A DNA stretch of 64,000 nt from an uncultured bacterium (lineage in GTDB: Bacteria > Patescibacteriota > JACMRA01), in the NCBI GenBank assembly GCA_963704645.1, contig OY969926.1:832001-896000 (forward strand). The letters are read 5' to 3'. The position numbers and the translations under genes were made by a program. The notes below the pieces were generated by a model, which searched no databases, was not told where the DNA came from, and saw nothing but the letters and a program-made list of their open reading frames with translations. Of the stretch, positions 28,978-38,191 are shown one piece after another; the stretch's first letter is position 1, and the number at the start of each line of letters is the position of its first letter.

Positions 28978-30447
28978 ATGAAACTTTACCCAATTATTGG
29001 TATAGAAACCCATGTTCAGCTTAACACCGTTACTAAGCTATTTTGCTCTTGTTTAAACGAATTTGCCCCAGATACTCCTAATAAAAACATTTGTCCTTTT
29101 TGCACTGGTCAGCCTGGAGCTTTGCCTGTGCTAAACGCTGAAGCTGTTAAAAAAGCAATTTTGCTTGGTGTTGCAGTTAACGCTAAAATTCCTGGTAAAA
29201 CCCGTTGGGATAGGAAAAACTATTTTTACCCAGATCTGCCTGCTGGTTACCAAATTAGCCAGTACGATAATCCAATTGTAGAAAATGGCGTAGTGGAATT
29301 TTTTGCTGAAGACAAAACAAACGGTAATTTTACTGAACATTCCGTAGAATTAACTAGAGCCCACTTGGAAGCAGATGCAGGTAAATTGTTACACGTAGGA
29401 AATAAAACTTTGGTAGATTATAATCGTTCTGGCTGCCCATTAGTTGAAATTGTTACAGAGCCAGTAATTACAGAGGCAAAAGTTGCTATGGGATATGTTT
29501 CCGAATTACAGCTTCTGGTTCGCCGTTTGGGTGTTTCTGAAGCAAATATGGATAAAGGTCAGATGCGTTTTGATTGTAACTTAAGCTTACAAACTGAAGA
29601 AGAACACAAACTAGGTAAATTACCATCCTATAAAGTAGAGGTTAAAAATATAAACTCTGTTAGATCTCTGGGAAGGGCCATAGAGTTTGAAATTAAAAGA
29701 CAAACCGAATTATTAGAAAAAGGTGAAAAACCAGCTCAGGAAACCCGCGGCTGGAGAGACGATATGAATAGGTCCGAATCTCAGCGTAGTAAGGAAGCTG
29801 CAGATGACTATAGATATTTTCCAGAGCCAGATTTACAAATTCTAGAAATAAAAACCACTGATATTCCTGCAAAATCTGAATTGCCAGAATTACCAATGGA
29901 GCAAAGAAAAAGATATTTTGAGCTTGGTTTAAGTATCCAAATAGTTAACACATTGGTTGGACAAGAAGAATTAGCTAAATATTTTGACGGAGTTTGGTCT
30001 ATTATTCAGAACAAATTCCCTTCAGAAGGGTTAGAAATTGCTAGAAATGGTGCTAATATAATGTCTAATTTAATTGCTACTGCAGAAAAAATTGGTAAAA
30101 ACAGTTACGAATTAATTTCAGAAAATAATTTGGTAGAAATTGCTAAACTTTTCGTAGATAAAAAAATTAATAACCAGGGTGTACAAAAATTAATAGACAT
30201 TTTAATTGAATTCCCTAACTTATCTGTAAATGATGCGGCTACCGAAAACGGTTTGTTTCAGTTAAATGATGATAAGACTTTAGAGGTTTTTGTAGACTTG
30301 GTTATTCAAAGTAATGCCAAAGTAGTAGAAGAATATAAATCTGGGAAAGTTCAAGTAATTGGATTCTTAATTGGGCAATGTATGAAAGAGTCTAAAGGTA
30401 AAGGAAACCCTGGCAAGTTTAAGGAAATACTTGAGGGCAAGTTGTAG
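28978..30447 (+). CDS. gatB: Asp/Glu-tRNA amidotransferase subunit B
   Basis: IGIETHVQL, GQPGALP, RKNYFYPDLP.GYQISQ, HLEADAGK, DYRYFPEPDL. Confidence 0.98.
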   Translation: MKLYPIIGIETHVQLNTVTKLFCSCLNEFAPDTPNKNICPFCTGQPGALPVLNAEAVKKAILLGVAVNAKIPGKTRWDRKNYFYPDLPAGYQISQYDNPIVENGVVEFFAEDKTNGNFTEHSVELTRAHLEADAGKLLHVGNKTLVDYNRSGCPLVEIVTEPVITEAKVAMGYVSELQLLVRRLGVSEANMDKGQMRFDCNLSLQTEEEHKLGKLPSYKVEVKNINSVRSLGRAIEFEIKRQTELLEKGEKPAQETRGWRDDMNRSESQRSKEAADDYRYFPEPDLQILEIKTTDIPAKSELPELPMEQRKRYFELGLSIQIVNTLVGQEELAKYFDGVWSIIQNKFPSEGLEIARNGANIMSNLIATAEKIGKNSYELISENNLVEIAKLFVDKKINNQGVQKLIDILIEFPNLSVNDAATENGLFQLNDDKTLEVFVDLVIQSNAKVVEEYKSGKVQVIGFLIGQCMKESKGKGNPGKFKEILEGKL

Positions 30448-30563
30448 ATTTATCAGTGACATTCAGCGCGTTTACTATCTGCGGATATCATTTCTTTTGG
30501 TGGTATAGCTCCATTGTTAGTTATCGAGCCGTTTCCAGATGAGTTTAGGACTAAAGCCTAATT

Positions 30564-31958
30564 TTAATTCGTAGGCAAACCTGGTCTTGTTGTTCCGCCA
30601 TTACCATTAGTAGAAGTGTTTGTGTTTACAGTGCTGGTTTGACTGGTACTAGAAGAACTTGTAGGAGCCACTACTGCATCAGTCTTCACAAAGAAAACAA
30701 TAAGCTGAGTAATTGTAACCGCCAACAAAACTACAATTAAACCAATAATGGCATTGAAAAATGAGTCTTTAGCTTTTTTAACAGTTCCAGCGTCTCCAGC
30801 AGATGTAATCCATAAATATCCTGCCCAAATGAACAAACCTACAGTTATTACCGAAGAAATAGGAATTAAGAACCTAGTAATAATAACCTGAATTGTAAAT
30901 ATTATACTTTGTGGGTCTAAACTAAGCTGATTGTTTTGAACGCCAATTGTGCTATTTACAATGGTAACTATAGGCTGGGCAATAATTACTACAACCAAAC
31001 CAATAATACCACGTTCAATATTCTTTTTGCCATCCTCTTTGGAACCAGGTAAAGTAGAGAAGAAATATTTATAACCTCCCCAAACAATTACTAAAACTGC
31101 AACAACACTTGCTAAAGTAGTTAAGAAAGTAAGCCCTTGGGTTAAAATTGGCTCAATAAAATTCTTTGCTTTGTCTCCAAAATCTGTGTTGGCATCTGCA
31201 CCTTTAAACACGTTGTTTACTGCATCTACAATAAAATTAGCTAGAAGAACAATAATTAAACCAACAACTCCACTTTGAATATTTTTTGCACCTTCAGATT
31301 TGCCATCAATACCACCAATGAAGTATTTGTAACCACCCCAGGTAATTACTAACAAAGCAACTACACTTGCCAAAGTAACTAAAACGTTTCTAGCTGGTTG
31401 AAGTATTTGGTTAATAATTCCAGTTGCATTAAAGCCTTCTGCGGTGAAAGTTGTTTGAGTAATAGAAATAATTAAGTTAGAAGCCAAAATTATAGCCAAT
31501 CCAATAACACCTGCTTGTACAGCTTTAAGCCCGTTAGTTTTTCCATTAAAACCACCTGTAAAGTATTGAAAACCACCCCAAGTTATAACCAGTAAAGCTA
31601 AAGGAGTAGATAAAGAAACTAAAAATCCAACCACTGCGTTTAATAAGTCAAAAATAGAACAAAATGGAAGTATTTGAAAAGAGGCTAGGGTGCTATTTCC
31701 ACAATTGCCTCCTGTTGTATTATTATTAAATTCACCAGCCTTTGATCTTGCTACGCATTCTTTATACCTAGTACTGTCGGGGCTTAATCTTACTACATCC
31801 TGTGCACACTGTGTATCATAAATTGGTCCTGTGGTTCTACTATCCCCTTGTGCCTGTACACTTATTCCGCCAGAAGCCATGGCCAACCAACCGGTAAGTA
31901 TAATTACCAACAATAACAATTGAGGTGTTTTAACTAAAAGTTTTTTCAAGAAAGTCAT
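30564..31958 (-). CDS. Tandem VirB2/TrbC-like (T4SS-type) pilin protein with four pilin domains
   Basis: Signal peptide (VQA|QG) then 4x [TM-W(G/A)G(Y/F)x(Y/W)-polar loop-G(V/I)(I/V)GL-TM]. Confidence 0.75.
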   Translation of the reverse strand: MTFLKKLLVKTPQLLLLVIILTGWLAMASGGISVQAQGDSRTTGPIYDTQCAQDVVRLSPDSTRYKECVARSKAGEFNNNTTGGNCGNSTLASFQILPFCSIFDLLNAVVGFLVSLSTPLALLVITWGGFQYFTGGFNGKTNGLKAVQAGVIGLAIILASNLIISITQTTFTAEGFNATGIINQILQPARNVLVTLASVVALLVITWGGYKYFIGGIDGKSEGAKNIQSGVVGLIIVLLANFIVDAVNNVFKGADANTDFGDKAKNFIEPILTQGLTFLTTLASVVAVLVIVWGGYKYFFSTLPGSKEDGKKNIERGIIGLVVVIIAQPIVTIVNSTIGVQNNQLSLDPQSIIFTIQVIITRFLIPISSVITVGLFIWAGYLWITSAGDAGTVKKAKDSFFNAIIGLIVVLLAVTITQLIVFFVKTDAVVAPTSSSSTSQTSTVNTNTSTNGNGGTTRPGLPTN

Positions 31959-31963
31959 AATGT

Positions 31964-32488
31964 CTATTGTATTGGGGTGAAGAAGCTGGTTAATGTGGTG
32001 TTAGAAACGGTGCCTGGAACTTTTAAAACAATTACCAAAGTGTTTACTATAGCATAAGCTGAAAAAACCAATATTACTGCCACAATTGAATCTCTTAAAT
32101 TACCTAAAGCTTTTGTACTTTGGTTGCCATCTAAAGCACCGTAACTGTATTGGATTCCCGAGAATATAACTATGAAACCAAACAAGTAAACTACTAAACC
32201 AGATAAAAAGCCATAAGCTCTTACCAAAATATATGGAACAGATTCAAAACTAAGAGGTCTGGCTTTTCCATTTGCATCTGTGGAGCATTCATTCTGTATA
32301 ATAGGAACAAATTTGGTTGGAATAAAAATGTCGCCAATTGTAATTTTGCTTTGTGTACAGTTTACACCAGCTGCTTGTGCCATAGCGGTTGTCGTCGGTA
32401 ACAATATATTCAGCATCAAAAACAATGCTCCTACAGTTTTCAAAGCCCTAAAAGTTTTGCTAAGCAGTTTTGTTAAATATCTATCCAT
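31964..32488 (-). CDS. VirB2/TrbC-like pilin (single domain)
   Basis: Signal peptide AMA|QAA, IFSGIQY...KALGNLRDSIVAVILVFSAYAIV; TTGACC-N17-TATAAT overlaps the 32509 ATG so ATG 32488 is preferred. Confidence 0.7.
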   Translation of the reverse strand: MDRYLTKLLSKTFRALKTVGALFLMLNILLPTTTAMAQAAGVNCTQSKITIGDIFIPTKFVPIIQNECSTDANGKARPLSFESVPYILVRAYGFLSGLVVYLFGFIVIFSGIQYSYGALDGNQSTKALGNLRDSIVAVILVFSAYAIVNTLVIVLKVPGTVSNTTLTSFFTPIQ

Positions 32489-32507
32489 ATTTTTGTTTGT
32501 CTTTAGC

Positions 32508-32536
32508 ATTATACCTTATAATTTTGGCTTGGTCAA
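32508..32536 (-). promoter_or_regulatory. Near-consensus sigma70 promoter of the pilin operon
   Basis: TTGACC-N17-TATAAT. Confidence 0.75.
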
Positions 32537-32541
32537 AACAT

Positions 32542-33680
32542 TGTACCCGTTCACTACATATGATACTTAGGATGGTATTGTTGTAGGTATTTCATTGGTG
32601 GTATAAATTGTCCAATATCTCTTTTTAAACCCAGATGTGGTCTTTGGTTATTGTAGAAGTCTAGGTACATGATTAATTTTAGATTAAAAGCTTGTATATC
32701 ATCTCTTAGTATCCATAGATTATAATTAGCAAACTCTTCTTCCACACTTCTATTGAATCTTTCTATGTAAGCATTCATTTTAGGAGATTTAGGATAGTTC
32801 CAGAAATGAGTAATATCTTTAAATTTTAACAGTTCATCAAAGTTCTTATGATTTTCTTGTCCATTGTCTGTCTGAACTCTTTTAATCTGGTAAGGGAATA
32901 CATCTTGCATTCTTAAGAAGAAGTCTTTTGTACTATTACTACTTAATGTTTTGTAAGCATATACGAAAGAATATCTACTAACTAGATCTACAGCACAGAT
33001 TAAATATCTTTTTACTCCATTAAGATAAAAGGTTATTGCGTCTAATTGAATTAGATCTCCTGGGCTATTAGGCTGGTATTCTTTTCTTCTGGTTTTAACT
33101 TGCTTCCTAGGTTTTAGTAGTCTTTGTTTAATACTTCCTGTTCTACCGTCTAAATAGACTTGCTTTGAGTATTTGTAGACTGGTATTATTCTTTGATCTT
33201 TAAAAGTAGATATTATTCTGCCGATAGTTGAAATTGAAATAGTTTTTAGTGTTTTACTTGTTTCTTTTAGATTTTGTTCTGCACAGTAATCATCTAACAA
33301 TACTTTAAGTTTGTCTTTACCTAGATTAGGATATTGCAATCTAGTTTGTTGAATAAACTCAAGTATTCTCCCTTGTACATTTGACTGTCTAAATTTATTA
33401 GGTCTTTTGCTTTTATCCTTTAAATCGTATTTGTTACCAGCTCCATAATTAAGTTCACAACTTTTTCTCCATTTCTTCCTCCACCTAATTAAAGTTATTC
33501 TGGAAAGTTTACGATTTGAATCTAGAGATAATGCTTCTAATGTAGAATTAATACCATGCTTAAATGAGTATTCAATTATTTTAAATTTATCTTCCAAAGT
33601 GTAAGACATGATCATATGATAGTAGATTTAGGATTATTAATCTACCACCCTTTGGTATCATATGTGTTTGGACTTGTTCA
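32542..33680 (-). mobile_element. Complete insertion sequence, IS481-like (rve/DDE)
   Basis: Imperfect terminal IRs TGTACCCGTTCACTACATATGATAC / TGAACAAGTCCAAACACATATGATAC; flanking direct repeat AACAT (32537-32541, 33681-33685). Confidence 0.88.
32554..33615 (-). CDS. IS481-like transposase, integrase core domain
   Basis: PGDLIQLD, AVDLVSRY, VQTDNGQE, NAYIERFNR, YNNQRPH; stop codon lies inside the IR. Confidence 0.93.
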   Translation of the reverse strand: MIMSYTLEDKFKIIEYSFKHGINSTLEALSLDSNRKLSRITLIRWRKKWRKSCELNYGAGNKYDLKDKSKRPNKFRQSNVQGRILEFIQQTRLQYPNLGKDKLKVLLDDYCAEQNLKETSKTLKTISISTIGRIISTFKDQRIIPVYKYSKQVYLDGRTGSIKQRLLKPRKQVKTRRKEYQPNSPGDLIQLDAITFYLNGVKRYLICAVDLVSRYSFVYAYKTLSSNSTKDFFLRMQDVFPYQIKRVQTDNGQENHKNFDELLKFKDITHFWNYPKSPKMNAYIERFNRSVEEEFANYNLWILRDDIQAFNLKLIMYLDFYNNQRPHLGLKRDIGQFIPPMKYLQQYHPKYHM

Positions 33681-33684
33681 AACA

Positions 33685-33713
33685 TTGACAAATCTGGCAG
33701 GCTATTCCATTTT
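33685..33713 (+). promoter_or_regulatory. Promoter of the WecA-like gene
   Basis: TTGACA-N17-CATTTT; the first T belongs to the IS target-site duplication. Confidence 0.55.
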
Positions 33714-33728
33714 CAAAAAACCTTAAGC

Positions 33729-34814
33729 ATAAAATTTATACCTATTTCAATTATTTTTCTTGCCATTTTATTTTCCTTAGCATCTTTTGTTCTAAGTCTG
33801 GCTTTTCTTCCGTTAGTTTATAAATTATCTGTTAAATTTGGCTTTCAAGACGACCCTAATTCTGCTCCAAACCGTAAATTGCAGAACAGGCCAATTCCTT
33901 TAATGGGAGCTACCAGCTTTGTTTTAACCTCTGTTTTTTTAATGGGTTGTTTGTGGCTAATAAATAAATATGATTGGTTCAGTTTACGTATTTATTTACA
34001 GAATAACTTGGAATCTTTTCTTTTAGTTTGGGTATTTGTATCCATTATTTTATTGGGAATAGCTGGCGCTTTGGATGATTTAAATAAAATTTCTACAAAG
34101 TTTAGGTTTTTAATAGTTGGTTTGGCAATTCTGGTTGCAATTTTTTTAGGGGGCTTGAAAATTGATGCTTTGTCTTTCCCTTTTAATTATTTGCCCTTAA
34201 ATTTCTTCCTACTTCCTCAAGCCTTAGCGTTCTTGTGGTTAGGGTTTTGCTTGTTCGCAACTAAATTACTAGATGGTTTAGATGGTTTAGTTAGCAGTGT
34301 AGGTTTGGTGGCTTTTTTAACAATTGCTTCTATTTCAGCTTCGACTAGTGTGTATCAGCCATTAATTTTTATTTTCGCTTTAATTTGGGCAGCTGGAAGT
34401 GCTGGTTTTCTATCGTATAATTTTCCTAACGCTAAAATGTACCTAGGTGATGGTGGTTCAATGATTATAGGGTTTATGGTTGGTGTGCTTTCAATATTAT
34501 CTGGGGCGAAAATTGCTACAGCGGTAACAGTTTTGGGCTGGTTTATTTTAGATATTTTTGTGGTTTGGACAATACGTTTGTTACAAAAAACTAACCCGCT
34601 TACTACGGGGGATAGGAACCATTGGCATCACCGTTTACTTTCTTTGGGGATGAACAAAAGGCAAGTTTTGGTTCTTACTGTAATTTTATTAATTATTACT
34701 TCCCAACTAGGTATTTTGCTAAGCACAAAAGAAAAAGTACTAATTCCAATTTTCCAACTTATTTTTATATTGGCTACGCTTTATTTGGCCTATAAAAGAA
34801 AGGGTAGGAGTTAA
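33729..34814 (+). CDS. MraY/WecA-like polyprenyl-phosphate N-acetylhexosamine-1-P transferase (probable ATA start)
   Basis: DDPNSAPNRKLQNRPIPLMG, LDD, LDGLDGL, YNFPNA.MYLGDGG, DRNHWHHRL; frame stays open 50 codons upstream of TTG 33879 and encodes the first TM. Confidence 0.85.
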   Translation: MKFIPISIIFLAILFSLASFVLSLAFLPLVYKLSVKFGFQDDPNSAPNRKLQNRPIPLMGATSFVLTSVFLMGCLWLINKYDWFSLRIYLQNNLESFLLVWVFVSIILLGIAGALDDLNKISTKFRFLIVGLAILVAIFLGGLKIDALSFPFNYLPLNFFLLPQALAFLWLGFCLFATKLLDGLDGLVSSVGLVAFLTIASISASTSVYQPLIFIFALIWAAGSAGFLSYNFPNAKMYLGDGGSMIIGFMVGVLSILSGAKIATAVTVLGWFILDIFVVWTIRLLQKTNPLTTGDRNHWHHRLLSLGMNKRQVLVLTVILLIITSQLGILLSTKEKVLIPIFQLIFILATLYLAYKRKGRS

Positions 34815-35648
34815 TTATTTAGTCAATAAACCTGCTAGCTGACCTTGAATTTTTTGCACTCCTATAACCGCACCAGTATTAGTAGTTATCAATTGTTTTC
34901 TGTGAGGGAGTATATCAATATCAGGAGTTGTAATTGTGGGTTGCGGTACAGCTGAGATGATAGGCGTTGTTGTTTGAGGCTGTATATTTGTAGATTCGGG
35001 CCCTCCTCCTGGTGTTGCAGGTCTACTATCTCTCGTATGAGGCTGCGGTTGATTTTCTCCTACAAAATTTTCTGGTTTAGGAGGTTGATCGATTGCTGCT
35101 GGCAGGGAATAGGAATTAATATTGTCTTGAGGCTTACTACTCGCTTGAATCTCAGGATTTATATTACCTAGACCTACGCTTGGCATGAAGTCTAGGTTAT
35201 TATTCAAAATTGACTCTGAAATAGATTGCTCTTCTTGCGGCGGTGCAGTAATGCTAAGTGGCTTAGAGAAATCGATACTAAAATCAGTCTCTTTGGCGTC
35301 ACTCAAAAGTGGTGGAGTAGTTTGGCTGGCTGGTTCGACGCTTTTTGGAGTTTGAAAAGAAATTGGCTCTGCAGGGAAAAGTGGAGTTGTAGGAAGAGCG
35401 CCAATTGGTTTAGGGGCAATGCTACCTTCAGATGATGGCGGTACCTGTGGAATAGTACGAGCCTCTCTTAATTTTTTCAGTTTTTCAGCTAATGAAGTTG
35501 AGTATGTTGATTGCTCAGGCAGGAAAGTTTTAGGAAGGGGAGATACTGGAGCCTCATTAATTTTAACTGGTGCAATAGAGCCAGAACCAGGTGTAGATGG
35601 AAGTGTAATTGGCAATGTAAATAATGGGGCTTGTTCTTGAGGTTGCAT
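34815..35648 (-). CDS. Pro/Ser/Thr-rich, probably disordered hypothetical protein
   Basis: 277-aa ORF with strongly biased composition; its stop directly abuts the convergent WecA-like gene. Confidence 0.55.
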   Translation of the reverse strand: MQPQEQAPLFTLPITLPSTPGSGSIAPVKINEAPVSPLPKTFLPEQSTYSTSLAEKLKKLREARTIPQVPPSSEGSIAPKPIGALPTTPLFPAEPISFQTPKSVEPASQTTPPLLSDAKETDFSIDFSKPLSITAPPQEEQSISESILNNNLDFMPSVGLGNINPEIQASSKPQDNINSYSLPAAIDQPPKPENFVGENQPQPHTRDSRPATPGGGPESTNIQPQTTTPIISAVPQPTITTPDIDILPHRKQLITTNTGAVIGVQKIQGQLAGLLTK

Positions 35649-35735
35649 AAGTAGGTTTCTAACAAAGCAATTTGTTGAATTTTTATTTATTATACCTTTA
35701 ATATCACAAATTTACAAGCTTTGCAAGTGCTGCAA

Positions 35736-36734
35736 TTAATCTACCACAGATTGTAGGCCTTCCAAAATTTCTTTTTCGTTTAAGCCTTTCCCAATTAAAA
35801 CAAGTCTTGTTGTTGTCATATCTATATTTTTCTTAGGCTCAAACACATCTAAAGTTCTTTTGGCTCCAACCATTTGGAACAGAAACATTTCGTTTTTATT
35901 ATTTGAAACTTTAATGTTAATTAAGCCTTTAGCTCTTATAGCATTTTTGGGCATAGAGTTCATTAACCAACTATCTAATTTGTGCGGATTTAATGGTTTG
36001 CTGCTGGTAAAAACAACTTCATCTACATCGTGATGGTCGTGATGGTCGTGATGGTCGTGATGGTCGTGATGGTCGTGATGGTCGTGATGGTCGTGATGGT
36101 CGTTGGAACTTTCCACTGTTTCTAATTTTAAATTAGTCAACCTATCCAAACTCCATTTATTAGCATCAATTAATATAGAAGAATCCAAACCTCCTTCCTT
36201 GTTTTCAATAACAGTTGCTTCTGGGTTAATTTGGCTAATTAACTTGTAGAAGTTGGCAATTGTCTCAGCATCTAAATTATCTATTTTGTTCAAAACAATA
36301 ATATCGGCGAACTCAATTTGTTCAACAGCAACTTGGTAAGTTTCTTTGGTTAGTGCATAGTTTTGGCAATCTAATATTGCAACTACGCTGTCTAAACTAA
36401 CTTTGCCGTTCAAGTTTTCCATAGCAAAAGTTTCAGCAATTGGTTTTGGTTCAGCCAGACCAGATGCTTCAATAATTATATAATCAATTTTCTGTTCAGC
36501 TAGTTTAAGCACAGCATCTTGTAAGTCTTTTCTTACAATGCAGCATAAACATCCGTTAGACATTTCGACAAGCTCTTCTCCACTGGTTTCCACTAATTGT
36601 CCGTCTATGCCTTCACTTCCAAATTCATTAATAATTAGGCCAAATTTAAGTTGAGGATTTTTTTGAATTATTTGATTGACTAATGTGGTTTTTCCACTTC
36701 CAAGAAAGCCAGTTAGAATTGTGATTGGAATCAT
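35736..36734 (-). CDS. CobW/COG0523 metal-chaperone GTPase with His-rich insert
   Basis: TGFLGSGKTT, INEFG, NGCLCC, IEASGLAEP, LNKID, CobW_C; ATG 36734 preferred because TTG 36770 is a -35 box. Confidence 0.93.
   Translation of the reverse strand: MIPITILTGFLGSGKTTLVNQIIQKNPQLKFGLIINEFGSEGIDGQLVETSGEELVEMSNGCLCCIVRKDLQDAVLKLAEQKIDYIIIEASGLAEPKPIAETFAMENLNGKVSLDSVVAILDCQNYALTKETYQVAVEQIEFADIIVLNKIDNLDAETIANFYKLISQINPEATVIENKEGGLDSSILIDANKWSLDRLTNLKLETVESSNDHHDHHDHHDHHDHHDHHDHHDHHDVDEVVFTSSKPLNPHKLDSWLMNSMPKNAIRAKGLINIKVSNNKNEMFLFQMVGAKRTLDVFEPKKNIDMTTTRLVLIGKGLNEKEILEGLQSVVD
36028..36102. repeat. Perfect 9-bp tandem repeat (TCGTGATGG)x8 encoding (HHD)8
   Basis: Read directly from the sequence. 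Confidence 0.97.
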
Positions 36735-36940
36735 ATATTTAAAGTTTATATAAAAGGATTTTTTTAGCAAGGTAGAGTGGAGTGGGCAGATATTAAATAC
36801 GGGGCATCCAGCTCTCGTTCTTTAGTATGTGTTTTAATTTTGTTCAAAGATAAAGAACATCTTTTTTTAAAATTCCCAAGGCGGTGGTAAACATCGCTCC
36901 TTCAATTATTTATAAAAAATAATAAATTTATTCTCCAACT

Positions 36941-36966
36941 TAGACCCTGAAACAAGTTCAGGGTGA
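36941..36966 (+). repeat. REP-like family A, copy 1 (TAGACCCTGAAACAAGTTCAGGGTGA)
   Basis: Identical 26-mer at 36941, 43076 and 48685; hairpin CCCTGAA-ACAAG-TTCAGGG. Confidence 0.9.
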
Positions 36967-37067
36967 TATGCTCGACACTCAATGTTAATGTATGAAAAGG
37001 CTAAAAACTTTAGACTCAATACTCAGATCAATATAATTTCTCTAGTGACATGCTGACGCTGGCAATG

Positions 37068-38189
37068 TTATATCATTTTCCTAAGTACAATCTCAGCTTT
37101 TTTTATTGCAGATTGCATGTTTACAAAGGCTTCGTATGGGGAAACGAAGTTTTTAATTTCAGAATTGTAGTTTTCTGGTCTTAGATGTAATAAAAAATCT
37201 GCATTTTGTAGAGCTGCGAAGTTATAGAACAGTTCTTGACTTGAGGGTGTTGGTTTTAAAGCATGCTCTGTTAATATAACATTGGATCCATATCCCCAAA
37301 GACGAATAATTGCTCTTTCCATTGGTTTAAACAAAGCTAAAGAATAGTTATCGTTAATTCTAGGCTCCTTGTTTCCATCGAGCTTAATAATTTTTGGTTT
37401 AAGAATAGCGTTTGTGCTGGCAAGTCCAACTTTCATATTTAAACTTTTTATTATAAGCGGAATTGCTTTTTTACCTAAACTAAGTTGATTTATATCAAAA
37501 AACTGATTGTTTGGTTCAAAATAAAAATTACAGGCAGTATCGTTATCGATGTTTATCCAACTGGCTTTTTTCCCCTCAAAGCGTCTAAGTTCAGACAATT
37601 GCAAATTAAATTCTAGCTGTTTATCACTTTTGTGCCTGCATAAAAACGTTGTAATATTAGTTTTATGAATAATTCTTTCTAATTCTAAATTACGGTAAAG
37701 TTGAGGAATGTAAACAACTTTAGGGGTAGTTTTTAAATGGTAATTTATTGTTTTGATAGAATTAGCAACGGTTGTAGCCCACCAATCTATGTTGTATAAG
37801 CTTGTTAGAGAGTTTCCGTAAAAAGCATTGGCTACTAAAGTGATTTGGTTGGTATCAACTAGCTTCTTTATTTTCTTCAAAAGGCTTGGCATAATTTCAG
37901 CGGCAGATTGAACAAAATTACCCGTAATAATTAAATTAGCCTCAACTTCTTGCTGTATTAGAAAATCAATAATTGGTTCAAATTTTTCTTCAAGATCTTT
38001 TTTAAACAGTTTTTTACTGGCTTCAACATCAATGAACTGGCTATCAGGGTGACTTAGAATATCAATTAATGGCTCAATTTTGTAATAATCTAATTTGGAA
38101 AAATATAAGCTAATACTTTTAATATTAAAATTTTCCGGTTTGTTGCTTGTACTTAGCAACTCGGCTTGAAATGTATTTGAGCTGTTCAT
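37068..38189 (-). CDS. Glycoside hydrolase family 57-like protein, degenerate
   Basis: LIITG, AFYGNSLTSLY, LQNADF, SPYEAFVNM resemble GH57 blocks; operonic with a GT4. Confidence 0.55.
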   Translation of the reverse strand: MNSSNTFQAELLSTSNKPENFNIKSISLYFSKLDYYKIEPLIDILSHPDSQFIDVEASKKLFKKDLEEKFEPIIDFLIQQEVEANLIITGNFVQSAAEIMPSLLKKIKKLVDTNQITLVANAFYGNSLTSLYNIDWWATTVANSIKTINYHLKTTPKVVYIPQLYRNLELERIIHKTNITTFLCRHKSDKQLEFNLQLSELRRFEGKKASWINIDNDTACNFYFEPNNQFFDINQLSLGKKAIPLIIKSLNMKVGLASTNAILKPKIIKLDGNKEPRINDNYSLALFKPMERAIIRLWGYGSNVILTEHALKPTPSSQELFYNFAALQNADFLLHLRPENYNSEIKNFVSPYEAFVNMQSAIKKAEIVLRKMI

Positions 38190-38191
38190 AT

